This document shows positions 9,495 through 19,744 of a DNA stretch of 64,000 nucleotides, piece after piece. A program made the position numbers and the translations under genes. Location of the stretch: the NCBI GenBank assembly GCA_963667035.1, contig OY762964.1:1792001-1856000 (forward strand). Reading direction: 5' to 3'. The notes beneath the pieces were generated by a model. The model had not been told where the DNA came from. It made no database searches and saw nothing but the letters and a program-made list of their open reading frames with translations. Origin of the DNA: Candidatus Cloacimonadales bacterium. GTDB taxonomy: Bacteria; Cloacimonadota; Cloacimonadia; Cloacimonadales; JAFGVF01. Within the stretch, counting starts at the first letter, position 1. Each line of letters begins with the position of its first letter.

Positions 9495-10606
9495 TTCAAT
9501 TTCTCTATTGTTGTAATGAATGGATTCCAACTGAATTCATCATTCTGTTGTTGATTATAGATTGTTAGTGAAAACTGTCTATGTTTTTCCTCTTTATAGA
9601 ATCTCGATACAGCAGATGCTATTGAAGCAGGATTTTCAGGCTCAATAAGAAAGCCGTTATCATCGTCCTTAATAATTTCACTTAAACCACCAACATCAGT
9701 AGCAATTACAGGGGTACAAAATGAGAAAGATAGCTGAGTTATACCGCTTTGAGTTGCCGATCTGTATGGTAGTATGCATACATCAGAGTTAGTGAAAAAA
9801 GATTCAACTTCTTCATTAGCAATAAATCGATCATTGAATGCTATCTTATCTTTGAGGTTATATTTTTTGATGATTGCATTATAAACATCTTTATTACCGT
9901 AAACTTCTCCTGCAATAACAAGTCTCAAATCAGGATTATCTTTTAGTATCAAGGGCATAGCTTCAAGTAAAATATCAAGTCCTTTGTAATGCTTAATATA
10001 TCCAAAAAAAAGTAATTGGTTATAAACCTTATCTTTTGGCTTTATGTTTGATTCATTATAAAAATTATAGTTTGGATGCTTCAATTTATAGATATGCTCT
10101 TTGGGAAATGATGGGAACTTGGTAATCAATGAGTTGAAAACACTTTCTGACATTGTAATGGCATCTGTTGTTGATTTCAATACATAGCCAGTGAATTTGT
10201 CTGCAAACATCCATTTCTCATGAAATTCTATATTGTCAAAGATGCAAAGTGTATTAATACCCTGATTTCTAAGTTTTCTAAGAATAAATCCGAATGCAGG
10301 AGCAAAAAAAGGAATCCAGTATTTGAATATAACAATGTCAGGTTTTGATTCCAATATAGCTTTAACTGTTTTTCCATAAGTTAGAGGATTATATGGAGTT
10401 AAGATAGGTTTAATATCCAGTTCTATCTTCTTCTTACTCTTATCGATCTGTTCTTGTCCGGGGAAAATTAGCTTAGGGTATTGCTTAATAAAAGAGAAAA
10501 CAATGACATCATGACCTTCTTTTTCTAACATTTCTGCAAGAATTGCAATGAATTGAGCTATTCCTCCTCTTATAGGCCAAGCTGGTCCAAGAAATGCTAT
10601 TCTCAT
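9491..10606 (-). CDS. Glycosyltransferase family 4
   Basis: GPAWP.RGGIA, FFGYIK.YKGLD, LPYRSATQSG, TDVGGL. Confidence 0.9.
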   Translation of the reverse strand: MRIAFLGPAWPIRGGIAQFIAILAEMLEKEGHDVIVFSFIKQYPKLIFPGQEQIDKSKKKIELDIKPILTPYNPLTYGKTVKAILESKPDIVIFKYWIPFFAPAFGFILRKLRNQGINTLCIFDNIEFHEKWMFADKFTGYVLKSTTDAITMSESVFNSLITKFPSFPKEHIYKLKHPNYNFYNESNIKPKDKVYNQLLFFGYIKHYKGLDILLEAMPLILKDNPDLRLVIAGEVYGNKDVYNAIIKKYNLKDKIAFNDRFIANEEVESFFTNSDVCILPYRSATQSGITQLSFSFCTPVIATDVGGLSEIIKDDDNGFLIEPENPASIASAVSRFYKEEKHRQFSLTIYNQQQNDEFSWNPFITTIEKLK

Positions 10607-11667
10607 TTTAGAAGCTTCTCAATCTCATGCATTACAGTTTCAGGATTAATAGTAATCATGCACTCTTCCGGACAGCTATTACGATAGCAACACTTGCAAG
10701 GTTTATCCGGTTCCAAAACAACACCTAAGTCATATAACTCAAATTCATTCCTATTAAAAATATTATTGAACAATACCAGTTTCTTTTTTAGTCCGATAGC
10801 TATGTGCATTGCCATTGTTACGGAAGTAACGCATAAATCAATTTGATTGAATAGATGACAGAATTTATCCAAAGACATTGTTCCAAGATATATTGCAGAA
10901 GTTTTTGATGCAATGGATTGATTTAATTTATCTTCTACCTGACCTCCGAGAAGCAGAGGAACATAACCTTTTGCTGTAAGCATATTGCATAAATCAACCC
11001 AGTTTTTTTCTCCCCATAATCTGGTAAGCCATCTGGTTCCACAACCGGTGTTTAATCCAATGATTGATTTATTCTCCGGTAACTCAAAAGAATAATAGTT
11101 TTGAGATAGATTGAAGATATATTCCTGTTTATTATAAACAAAGCCACAAAGTTCGATAATCTCTTGGGGGTAACTCTTTACATTATTCAAACATTCATCA
11201 TCAAATATTCCTGTACGCCATTTATGAGTAGAATCTTCATCAGCAGGAATACACTTGCCAAAAGCATTAGGTAAATATCCTTTCTTATGCTTGGCTTTAA
11301 TCAAACTTGCTAATCCCAAAGCTTCTTTATCTTTATCAAGATTAAAAAGTAAGTCAAACTCTATTGACTGTAACCAAAGAGTGGTATTCAAATCCCATTT
11401 TAAAACAACATCAACATAATTTCTTGGTATAAAAATTGGATAGAGAGTTAACCAAATGATTTGAGCTTGCGGATAGGTACTTCTTAACTCACTTAATATG
11501 GGAGTTGTACGTATAACATCTCCTGCTGCACCGAGTTTAATAATCAAGATTTTTTCTTTTAGAGGTTCATAATAGGTACAATTATCGCACTTTACTCCGT
11601 ATAACTTATGAGGTTTACAAGGTAATTCGCCTTTAAATTCCCGGCAGTCGGTGTTTACACTCATCAT
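10603..11667 (-). CDS. Glycosyltransferase family 9 (heptosyltransferase-like)
   Basis: IIKLGAAGDV.R.TP, MHIA motif, Cys-rich termini. Confidence 0.85.
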   Translation of the reverse strand: MMSVNTDCREFKGELPCKPHKLYGVKCDNCTYYEPLKEKILIIKLGAAGDVIRTTPILSELRSTYPQAQIIWLTLYPIFIPRNYVDVVLKWDLNTTLWLQSIEFDLLFNLDKDKEALGLASLIKAKHKKGYLPNAFGKCIPADEDSTHKWRTGIFDDECLNNVKSYPQEIIELCGFVYNKQEYIFNLSQNYYSFELPENKSIIGLNTGCGTRWLTRLWGEKNWVDLCNMLTAKGYVPLLLGGQVEDKLNQSIASKTSAIYLGTMSLDKFCHLFNQIDLCVTSVTMAMHIAIGLKKKLVLFNNIFNRNEFELYDLGVVLEPDKPCKCCYRNSCPEECMITINPETVMHEIEKLLK

Positions 11668-14621
11668 CTCTCCTGATTACTCATAGTGATTTTATCAATT
11701 ATATCTCTATATTGTTGATTCTGTTTTAATATGTTCTCGTCACCAAGTAGAATAAAACTTTCTCTGGCTCTGGAAATAGCAACATTGAGTTTTCTGTCAA
11801 CCTTTCCTTCACTATCAAGAGACTGAGCTCTTTTTAAGTCTTCCAAAGAGTTAACTGCAGGAGAGAATATAATAACATCTTTTTCTGAACCTTGAAAACG
11901 TTCTACGGTGTCCACTGTAATAGTATCTCTTGTTTCTTTCGGTAGTGCATTCTTAATCAGACTTATCTGAGCTCTAAAAGCAACTATTACTCCACAAGTT
12001 AAGTTTGAGAACTCTTTGACAATGCTACCGGTAATTTCAGCTTCTTTTTCATTTCTATATGATGTTTTAGATCTTTCTACATGTATGAATCTGATTCTTG
12101 GATAGCTTGATGTTTCCGTTTGTCGATTGCTTGCACACATAAGCTTATTATCATAATAGTGATTAATCAATCCGGCAATATCATTATGCATACGATAATG
12201 TTTTGTAAGAATATTTGAGCACTTACTCCATTTATTAATCTCAACTTGTCGACTCAATCTACTGAATATTGATTCCTTACAGCTATTCAAACCTAGTTTG
12301 TTCAGTTCCGTATTAAAAATCTTACCTTGCTCTTCCGAGAGTGTTGTTACTGCTGGTAGTTGATTTTCATCACCAATCATAATAAATTTCTGAAAGTGAG
12401 GGAGAACACCAATCAAATGTTGCTCTAATAGTTGGGATGCTTCATCAATAATAAGGGTTTTAGGTTTCAAAAGAGACATAGCCATCATTCCTTTACCATG
12501 AAATGAATAAACCGTGGAAATAATAACTCTGTAATAATGGGAAGAATCTTGGGTCCCAATATATCTCACAGAGCTTCCATGAATATGTATGTGTGGAATC
12601 TTTAAGTTAACTAGTTTAGAACTAATTTCGTTAACCGCTTGATTAGTAAAAGCACAGAGATAGAACTTTTCATCTGTTTCTTTCAGAGCTACTTTTAAAT
12701 AACTCATTATAAAGCCTGATGTTTTTCCCGTTCCTGGAGGTCCTTGCAATAAATAATAATCTTCACAAGAAAACGCATCTCTGATTACTTCTTTTAAGTG
12801 ATTATCTATCATGCTTAAATCTGGCTTAAGATTTAGATGTTTTGGCTTAATTATTCCGAGTAACAGTTTTCTCTTACTCTCACAACTCAAGACAAATGAT
12901 GTTAATGATTTAAACATTCTGAAGTAATTACTATCAAAAGAATCAGGTTCAAGATTCCAGTATTCTAACTTATCAAGAAGTGCTTCCGGATATTTGTTGT
13001 GCAATTCAAGACATAGACGATTATTATAAATACCAATATATTTAGCTCTGATATAGTGATTATTGAAACCTTCTCCGGTGTTGGGATAAAGCATAACGCT
13101 GTCATTTTCTCTAAATCTATGCTCCTGATTGTCAAACAAATCAAAATATATTCTATTATCTTCTAGCTCAATAAATTTTAAATCACTCAATATATTGAAT
13201 TCTGCTTCTTTTGCTTCCTTACTCTTTCTCCAAAGTCCGTTAAAACCACTATCACTCAAGTTGTTATCATAATAGCCTGTTTTACTATTCCACAGCTCTT
13301 TGAATCCGTAATTAATAACAGAACCGATATAAGCTTTTTCTTCTTCACTCATCTGTTGATATGCTTTCGAAACATGTTCGACATCTCGCTTAATGAAGTC
13401 CGGGCAACTCGTAAATAGTTCTGTCTTAATATATTTGAACGGGTTAACTGAACAGAATTCCCTGCAAAGAGCAACTATCTCATTTCTTAGGTTATTTACA
13501 TCAAATACACTTGAATAGTTAATCTTATTCTCTCTCAGTATACTGTTAATATTAGCTTTAGAATAAAGAATGTAACTTTTACCTGTACGTTCTTCCTCAA
13601 TCGATTGAGTTAACATAAGATCATAGCAAGTAGTCTGAACTCTATGTGCATACCAAGAACCAAAATCAGGAGGTTTACCACTTTTCAATTCGATAAGATG
13701 CTTGCTTTTGTTATAATCATCGTCTATTAGTAAATCGAATCTTCCTTTAAGACCAAAATCAGTTGATATATATGTCGGCTCAATTAACACATTGAATTTA
13801 CAAATCCTATCTGCAATATTAACTAGTTTAGGATAATGAATTTCTTTGATCTCTGTTTCCATTTTTGTTACATGACTTTTAAAGAGTTCTTCCTCAATTT
13901 CATAACCGGAACCTGCTTTTTTGAATATTGCTTCAAAATCCCTTTGTTTATTTGTAACTAAGATGTCCAATACGGAATTTATCAAGGACCCTTTATAAAT
14001 ATTCTCATTTGGGGTGAAGGGATTAAGCATGTTAAAAACAAATAGATTCGTCATACCTTTGTTTTTGTTAACTGAAGTAGCTAATTGAGTAACATCAATT
14101 AAAAAGTCCGGTTCTAAAACATAATAACTTAAATCTACAAGAATATCGTTTCTGAAAACAGGTTTATGAATAACCAGATAGTCACCTTCTTTGAGTATAT
14201 CATGATTTAACTTAAATGTAACATCTGATTCAATAAGCACTGCATAATTTAGTTCAATAAGGGACAATTTACTATCGGTCTCTTTAACAATGACTTCTAA
14301 TTTGTCTTTGTTTATATCATACACAAAGTCATCTTTATCAAAACCTAAGTCAGCAAATCTTCTCAAATTTTCAATATTAGGATTGCTGAGTACTCTTCTA
14401 TATGAAATACTCAATACCGGATTATCCAAATCATTAAGAATTAAGCAAATTCTAGACGTTGCATTAGGAACATGATTGTAATCAATTCCTTCCAATTCTG
14501 CTAAATCAAGAATATAACGTTTTGCGATATTGATAACTCGTAGAACATTATTGTCACTTTGTTCTAGAGACTCAATTTTCCTATGAAGCTTCTCTTGTAA
14601 GTTTGGGTTATGCTTATTCAT
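11664..14621 (-). CDS. Dna2-like PD-(D/E)XK nuclease fused to an SF1 (Upf1/Dna2) helicase
   Basis: Nuclease motifs EP..GLKGRFD..IELKSG..Q...Y; helicase motifs GPPGTGKT, DEASQ, GDENQLP, YRM, TVERFQGSEKD, NVAISRAR. Confidence 0.85.
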   Translation of the reverse strand: MNKHNPNLQEKLHRKIESLEQSDNNVLRVINIAKRYILDLAELEGIDYNHVPNATSRICLILNDLDNPVLSISYRRVLSNPNIENLRRFADLGFDKDDFVYDINKDKLEVIVKETDSKLSLIELNYAVLIESDVTFKLNHDILKEGDYLVIHKPVFRNDILVDLSYYVLEPDFLIDVTQLATSVNKNKGMTNLFVFNMLNPFTPNENIYKGSLINSVLDILVTNKQRDFEAIFKKAGSGYEIEEELFKSHVTKMETEIKEIHYPKLVNIADRICKFNVLIEPTYISTDFGLKGRFDLLIDDDYNKSKHLIELKSGKPPDFGSWYAHRVQTTCYDLMLTQSIEEERTGKSYILYSKANINSILRENKINYSSVFDVNNLRNEIVALCREFCSVNPFKYIKTELFTSCPDFIKRDVEHVSKAYQQMSEEEKAYIGSVINYGFKELWNSKTGYYDNNLSDSGFNGLWRKSKEAKEAEFNILSDLKFIELEDNRIYFDLFDNQEHRFRENDSVMLYPNTGEGFNNHYIRAKYIGIYNNRLCLELHNKYPEALLDKLEYWNLEPDSFDSNYFRMFKSLTSFVLSCESKRKLLLGIIKPKHLNLKPDLSMIDNHLKEVIRDAFSCEDYYLLQGPPGTGKTSGFIMSYLKVALKETDEKFYLCAFTNQAVNEISSKLVNLKIPHIHIHGSSVRYIGTQDSSHYYRVIISTVYSFHGKGMMAMSLLKPKTLIIDEASQLLEQHLIGVLPHFQKFIMIGDENQLPAVTTLSEEQGKIFNTELNKLGLNSCKESIFSRLSRQVEINKWSKCSNILTKHYRMHNDIAGLINHYYDNKLMCASNRQTETSSYPRIRFIHVERSKTSYRNEKEAEITGSIVKEFSNLTCGVIVAFRAQISLIKNALPKETRDTITVDTVERFQGSEKDVIIFSPAVNSLEDLKRAQSLDSEGKVDRKLNVAISRARESFILLGDENILKQNQQYRDIIDKITMSNQER

Positions 14622-14771
14622 TTGTTTCCTTTTAGTTTCTAGTTACAATTTGTGATTATATTTATGTTAGACAAGTGATTTATTTCAACTGTTCCGTAAT
14701 ATGAACAGACACTAGTAAAAAGCGAAGTTAAACATCTTGACTAATACATCTACTTACAGCAAATAAGATAA

Positions 14772-16181
14772 ATGATTTTGGAGCAATATATGTATATAGA
14801 AGAGAAAAATCCTCTAGTAAAAGCCAAAATAGAACAATGGCAGGACTTAAAATTTGGATTGTTAATGCATTGGGGACCTTATAGTCTTTGGGGGGTAGTT
14901 GAGTCTTGGTCAATATGCCCGGAGGAATATGACTGGTGCGAGAGAAAACATGGAACTAATCCTAATCATTTTAACACATATCTGAAGGAGTATGAGGAGT
15001 TACCTAAAGCATTTAATCCTTTGAAGTTTAGTCCTACAAAATGGGCAAGAGCAGCAAAAAATGCCGGTATGAAGTATCTTGTGTTTACAACCAAGCATCA
15101 TGATGGATTTTGTATGTATGATTCGAATTACACCGATTATAAAATAACCTCAGAGTCATGTGCGTATAGCAATAATCCTAAAAGAGATATTACTTTAGAA
15201 TTGTTCAAAGCTTTCAGGGAAGAGGGAATATGGGCAGGAGTTTATTTCTCAAAACCTGATTGGCATAGTCCATATTATTGGGATCCAAAATATCCTCCGA
15301 GAAACAGAAATGTAAATTATAATCCCGAAAAGAATCCTGAAAAATGGCAAAAGTTTGTTGATTTTACTCATAATCAGATTTTGGAGTTACTTAGCAATTA
15401 CGGGAAGGTTGATATACTATGGCTAGATGGTGGATGGGTTAGAAAAAAGAGTCATGAAGAAATTAAAACATATTACAGTAATGTGTTAAACAATCCTGAA
15501 GATAACTACATTTTAGAGCAGATGATTAGTCAGGACCTGAAGATGGATGAATTATCAGATAAAGCTAGGAAGTTCCAACCTGATTTGATAGTTGTGGATA
15601 GAGAGGTAAAGGGAAACAACCAGAATTATCTCACACCTGAGAATGTTGTTCCTGAAGAAGCTCTTCCATATCCTTGGGAATCATGTATCATAGCTGGAGG
15701 TGGCTGGTCATATACGGAGGATGCTAAATACATGTCCGGTAGAGAAGCAATACATCTTTTAGTTGATATTGTTGCCAAAGGCGGTAATTTGCTTTTGAAT
15801 ATAGCTCCTTCAGCTGAAGGAGAATGGCAGGATGAAGCGTATAGACTTTTAAGAGATTATGGCGATTGGTTAGATGTTAATGGTGAGGGAATATACTCAA
15901 CCAGAGCTATTGCACCATTCAAAACTGGTAATATCTGTTTTACCTCCAAGCAAGACGGTACAGTATACTTTTTCTATCTATGTGCAGAAGGAGAAACCCG
16001 AATACCCGAATCAATAAATATCGAGTCTATTGAAACGGATAAAGATAAGGAGATTTATCTTTTAGGATATAATCAAGCTTTGGAATGGGAGATACTTGAT
16101 AGTGGATTTAAAGTAATGATACCGAATGAGGTTAGATTAAAACCTCCCTGTAAACATGCTTGGGGTTTCAAGATTGTTTAG
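14772..16181 (+). CDS. Alpha-L-fucosidase (GH29)
   Basis: KFGLLMHWG.YS, TTKHHDGF, LWLDGGW, KGGNLLLNI. Confidence 0.92.
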   Translation: MILEQYMYIEEKNPLVKAKIEQWQDLKFGLLMHWGPYSLWGVVESWSICPEEYDWCERKHGTNPNHFNTYLKEYEELPKAFNPLKFSPTKWARAAKNAGMKYLVFTTKHHDGFCMYDSNYTDYKITSESCAYSNNPKRDITLELFKAFREEGIWAGVYFSKPDWHSPYYWDPKYPPRNRNVNYNPEKNPEKWQKFVDFTHNQILELLSNYGKVDILWLDGGWVRKKSHEEIKTYYSNVLNNPEDNYILEQMISQDLKMDELSDKARKFQPDLIVVDREVKGNNQNYLTPENVVPEEALPYPWESCIIAGGGWSYTEDAKYMSGREAIHLLVDIVAKGGNLLLNIAPSAEGEWQDEAYRLLRDYGDWLDVNGEGIYSTRAIAPFKTGNICFTSKQDGTVYFFYLCAEGETRIPESINIESIETDKDKEIYLLGYNQALEWEILDSGFKVMIPNEVRLKPPCKHAWGFKIV

Positions 16182-17026
16182 AAATCATATTTATACAGAT
16201 AAGTTGTTTTTCTGTTATTATGCTCGCTTATAGTATAATAGTACTTTTGATCAGAGCTCCACATGATTGATTCTCCTTGGGGCTCTGATTCATAAGGGAG
16301 AATAGAATCGGGAGTACGAGAGCACATGCTTCCTATTGATTCACCCGGTTTGCGTTTCCAGTAGAATATATCTATATAAGTCTTTATCAATAAATGTTTA
16401 CCATCATCCGATAAGTCCCCTGCCGTAACGATTGACATTGGCGAAGTTCCAACCAATTTTGCCGATACAACTTCTTCGCCAATATTCATAACGCCAGATA
16501 ACTCAAATATCTTTGAATAGTTCCCCCATTTAGTAACAATATAAAGATTATCATCTTTAGCGTCGTAAAAAAGTGTTTCTGCATCATACCTATTCTTACC
16601 CATTGTGAAATTAACCGTCTTGATGCTATCTAATCTAACATAATTATACTTAGTTTCAGGAAGTGTAATAAAAGCCAGATATACCTGATAAGAATTCTTA
16701 AAGAATTTGTTATTACCAATATCACCGATGAACAGAATACCCCTATTATTGGGAAGTGATGTAGCTGTCATATCCTCCCAGTCCTTATTTTTAAGGTGAC
16801 GAGGGAAGGCTACATATTGTTTTATGTTTCCTTCATAGTCTAAGACAATTATTTCATTTGGATTGCCTGAATCATTAATGGCAAAGAAAAGTGAATCACA
16901 GTTAGACAGAACATCTATACCGGATACTTCTGAAAGTTGTTTTGCTCTGTACTCTACAACTGTAGGAGTAGAGTATAACAATACTGTAAAAATAATAATT
17001 ATTAATGCAAGAGTAATTCTTTTCAT
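16178..17026 (-). CDS. Secreted hypothetical protein, probable beta-propeller
   Basis: Signal peptide; conserved-looking E.SG, NDSG, DWED, GDIGNN, DAE and QGE motifs. Confidence 0.6.
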   Translation of the reverse strand: MKRITLALIIIIFTVLLYSTPTVVEYRAKQLSEVSGIDVLSNCDSLFFAINDSGNPNEIIVLDYEGNIKQYVAFPRHLKNKDWEDMTATSLPNNRGILFIGDIGNNKFFKNSYQVYLAFITLPETKYNYVRLDSIKTVNFTMGKNRYDAETLFYDAKDDNLYIVTKWGNYSKIFELSGVMNIGEEVVSAKLVGTSPMSIVTAGDLSDDGKHLLIKTYIDIFYWKRKPGESIGSMCSRTPDSILPYESEPQGESIMWSSDQKYYYTISEHNNRKTTYLYKYDF

Positions 17027-17113
17027 ATAGTAATTCTCGGGTTTGTTAAGTTATGAGTCAATCAAATTGTTCATAATGATTTTATGAAACATTTTAGAGA
17101 GTGTCTACTATGT

Positions 17114-17143
17114 AAAAAAAAGAGTCCGTATAAATACGGACTC
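17114..17143 (-). terminator. Intrinsic terminator of rsmG-parA-parB
   Basis: GAGTCCGTAT-aa-ATACGGACTC with an A8 run on its left (U tract on the minus strand). Confidence 0.8.
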
Positions 17144-17154
17144 ACAAATTATAT

Positions 17155-17991
17155 CTATTTTTGTAAACCTTCCAGAAGCTTTTCCAATTCTTCTTTGCTA
17201 CTATAATGGAACACGACCTTACCTTTACCGGCTTTCTCAACTACTTGAATTTTTAATCCATAAATCTGTTTAAGGCTTTTTTCAAACTCTTTATGTCTCA
17301 CTCTCTGTGATTTCTCTTTTGTAGAGTCTGTATTCTTCACATTCTGTGTTAACTCTTCCGCTTGTCTTACAGATAAATGATTGTCGATAATTCTTTGAGC
17401 AAAATCAAGTTGTTTGTCTTCAGGTAGTGATAGAATCGCTTTAGCATGACCCGTTGATAAGTCTCCGTTTATAACGTGCTCTTGAATTTTCATAGGGAGT
17501 TTTAAAAGTCGGAGCAGATTTGTTACTAACGACCTGCTTTTACCCATTGATGTAGCTAATTGTTCATGAGTATAATTGAAATCGTCAATCATCATTTGAT
17601 AAGCTTGAGCTTCTTCAATCGGGTTTAACTGTTCTCTTTGGATATTCTCAATGATTGCATACTGAAGTTGTTCTCGTCTTGAGACACTACGAATTATAAC
17701 AGGAACTCTCTCCAATCCTGCCAACTTTGCTGCTTCAAGTCTCCTCTCACCGGCTATAAGCTCATATTCGGAATCTTCTTTTTTAGTTACAATAATTGGT
17801 TGAATGATTCCATTCTCTTTGATTGATTCAGCCAGATTTGCTAGTTTATCTTCATCAAACACTTTTCTGGGTTGATAGCGATTAGGTTTTACTATTTCAA
17901 TTCTCAAAGTAGTAATTCCGGCAGTTTCATTAGTAGACTCCGGAATGTTTTGTAGTAATACGTCTAAACCTTTTCCTAGTTTTTGTTTCAT
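17155..17991 (-). CDS. parB: Chromosome partitioning protein ParB/Spo0J
   Basis: LGKGL, PN.YQPRK.F, IAGERR, ENIQRE.L, HTH. Confidence 0.95.
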   Translation of the reverse strand: MKQKLGKGLDVLLQNIPESTNETAGITTLRIEIVKPNRYQPRKVFDEDKLANLAESIKENGIIQPIIVTKKEDSEYELIAGERRLEAAKLAGLERVPVIIRSVSRREQLQYAIIENIQREQLNPIEEAQAYQMMIDDFNYTHEQLATSMGKSRSLVTNLLRLLKLPMKIQEHVINGDLSTGHAKAILSLPEDKQLDFAQRIIDNHLSVRQAEELTQNVKNTDSTKEKSQRVRHKEFEKSLKQIYGLKIQVVEKAGKGKVVFHYSSKEELEKLLEGLQK

Positions 17992-18746
17992 CGTTCTATT
18001 AGTTCCATTGCAAATTTGAGATAGTTTGTAGCTCCTGTTGACTTAATATCATAATGAAATATTGGTTTTCCAAATCCGGGAGCCTCACTTAATTTGACAT
18101 TTCTTATAATAATTGTTTCAAACACTTTCTCTTTAAAATATCTTCTTACTTCTTTGGCTACTTGCTTTGATAAATTCAACCTACTGTCGTACATGGTTAA
18201 CAAGACACCGAAGAGTTTGAGGTTTGGGTTTAAGCTCTGTTGAATAATGCGAATGCTGTTCATTAACTGACTTACACCTTCTAAAGCATAGTATTCACAC
18301 TGTATTGGAATCAGTACGTCAGTACATGCAGTTAGAGCATTAACTGTGAGTAGATTCAATGAAGGAGGACAATCTATGATTATATAATCAAATCTGTTTC
18401 TAACAGGGTCAAGTACTTCTCTTAACTTCTTTTCTCTAGTGAAATCCTTAACTAATTCTATCTCTGCTCCTGCTAGATTCACATTGGAAGGTGCTATCTT
18501 CAAATATTCTATATCAGTATCCTGAATAACGTTCTCAATCGGCTCATAGTTAATAATGCTATGATATATGTGCTGAGTAAGGTTGTCTTTATCTATACCG
18601 TATGCACTACTGGAGTTGCCTTGTGGATCAAAATCAACAAGAAGTGTCTTCTTCTCCAGTATTCCTAATGCTGCAGCTAAATTAACGGCAGTAGTAGTTT
18701 TGCCTACTCCACCTTTTTGATTAGCAATTGCGATGATTTTTCCCAT
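17988..18746 (-). CDS. parA: Chromosome partitioning ATPase ParA/Soj
   Basis: NQKGGVGKTT, DPQGN, IDCPPSL, QCEYYALEG. Confidence 0.96.
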   Translation of the reverse strand: MGKIIAIANQKGGVGKTTTAVNLAAALGILEKKTLLVDFDPQGNSSSAYGIDKDNLTQHIYHSIINYEPIENVIQDTDIEYLKIAPSNVNLAGAEIELVKDFTREKKLREVLDPVRNRFDYIIIDCPPSLNLLTVNALTACTDVLIPIQCEYYALEGVSQLMNSIRIIQQSLNPNLKLFGVLLTMYDSRLNLSKQVAKEVRRYFKEKVFETIIIRNVKLSEAPGFGKPIFHYDIKSTGATNYLKFAMELIER

Positions 18747-18749
18747 TAA

Positions 18750-19370
18750 TTATTCTTTTCCAATTACAATTAATTTACGTGTTCCAAGCACAGGATGACT
18801 TACATCTATTTCCTTCCTGTTCTTGAACTGTTCCACATCATCTAGGTTTTTACTTTTGTAAAGCACTATTTTACCTTTTGGTTTTAACAATTTGAGTAAT
18901 AATGGTTTTAACTCGGGAGTGATTCGAACGCTTCTGCAAACTATGAAATCATAGCTACTTTGACGGTACTTACAATAGTCTTCCAGACGAGACCATATAC
19001 CTGTAGCTTTATCAAGTTCAAGCTCTTCAATCATCTCTTCAATTGCTTGTATCTTTTTTCTTCTGGCATCAAGCATACTCAAATTAATCGCCGGATAAGT
19101 AATTCTAAGCGGTATCCCCGGGAGACCTCCCCCAGTACCAAAATCAAGTACTTTACCTTTCAAATCAATCTTAGTTTGAAGTAACAACAAACTATCCAAA
19201 AAATGAAGTGTCCAGATATCATCCGTATCCATTTTCCTTGAGTAAATGTTTATCACACTATTTACTTCAATAAGTAATTCATAATAGTGTTCCAACTGAG
19301 GAATAACAATCTCAGATGTATCGGGAAGCCATTTCTTTACATATTCTAAGCATATATCTTTTTGTTTCAT
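18750..19370 (-). CDS. rsmG: 16S rRNA m7G527 methyltransferase
   Basis: HFLDSL, DFGTGGGLPG; upstream of parA; start taken at MKQKD. Confidence 0.9.
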   Translation of the reverse strand: MKQKDICLEYVKKWLPDTSEIVIPQLEHYYELLIEVNSVINIYSRKMDTDDIWTLHFLDSLLLLQTKIDLKGKVLDFGTGGGLPGIPLRITYPAINLSMLDARRKKIQAIEEMIEELELDKATGIWSRLEDYCKYRQSSYDFIVCRSVRITPELKPLLLKLLKPKGKIVLYKSKNLDDVEQFKNRKEIDVSHPVLGTRKLIVIGKE

Positions 19371-19744
19371 GCAGTAAACAAGAAAGATGTGAGAAATTTG
19401 TAAAGAAAATCCTCTATAAATATACAAGCGGTCTATCCAAAACTGTTATTGTAGTCTTTTGTTTATAACCAATGGTATGGTTTTGAGTACAATTATTGTA
19501 AAACATAGTCAACATGATGGGAGTTATTGTTCTATTTAACGATTTATTTCGTGAAATATTTAGGTAATTAAAGGATTAATATACAAGGAACACTATTCAA
19601 GAAAATAATCCCAACAAAATGAAATGAGACTATGTACTTTTTTTTATTGACCTACAGAGCCATATAGGAGAAATTACTTCAATTAATCACGATATTATGC
19701 GAATTATAAGTAAATATATATATAAAAAATACTTAGGAGGAAAA

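Noticed and set aside
19545..19570. Rex operator upstream of the hyd operon (TCGTGAAATATTTAGGTA)
   Set aside because: Only the left half resembles TTGTGAA-N4-TTCACAA.
19371..19744. oriC or parS upstream of rsmG-parAB
   Set aside because: No DnaA-box cluster or parS palindrome seen by eye; dnaA and mnmG are absent from the window.
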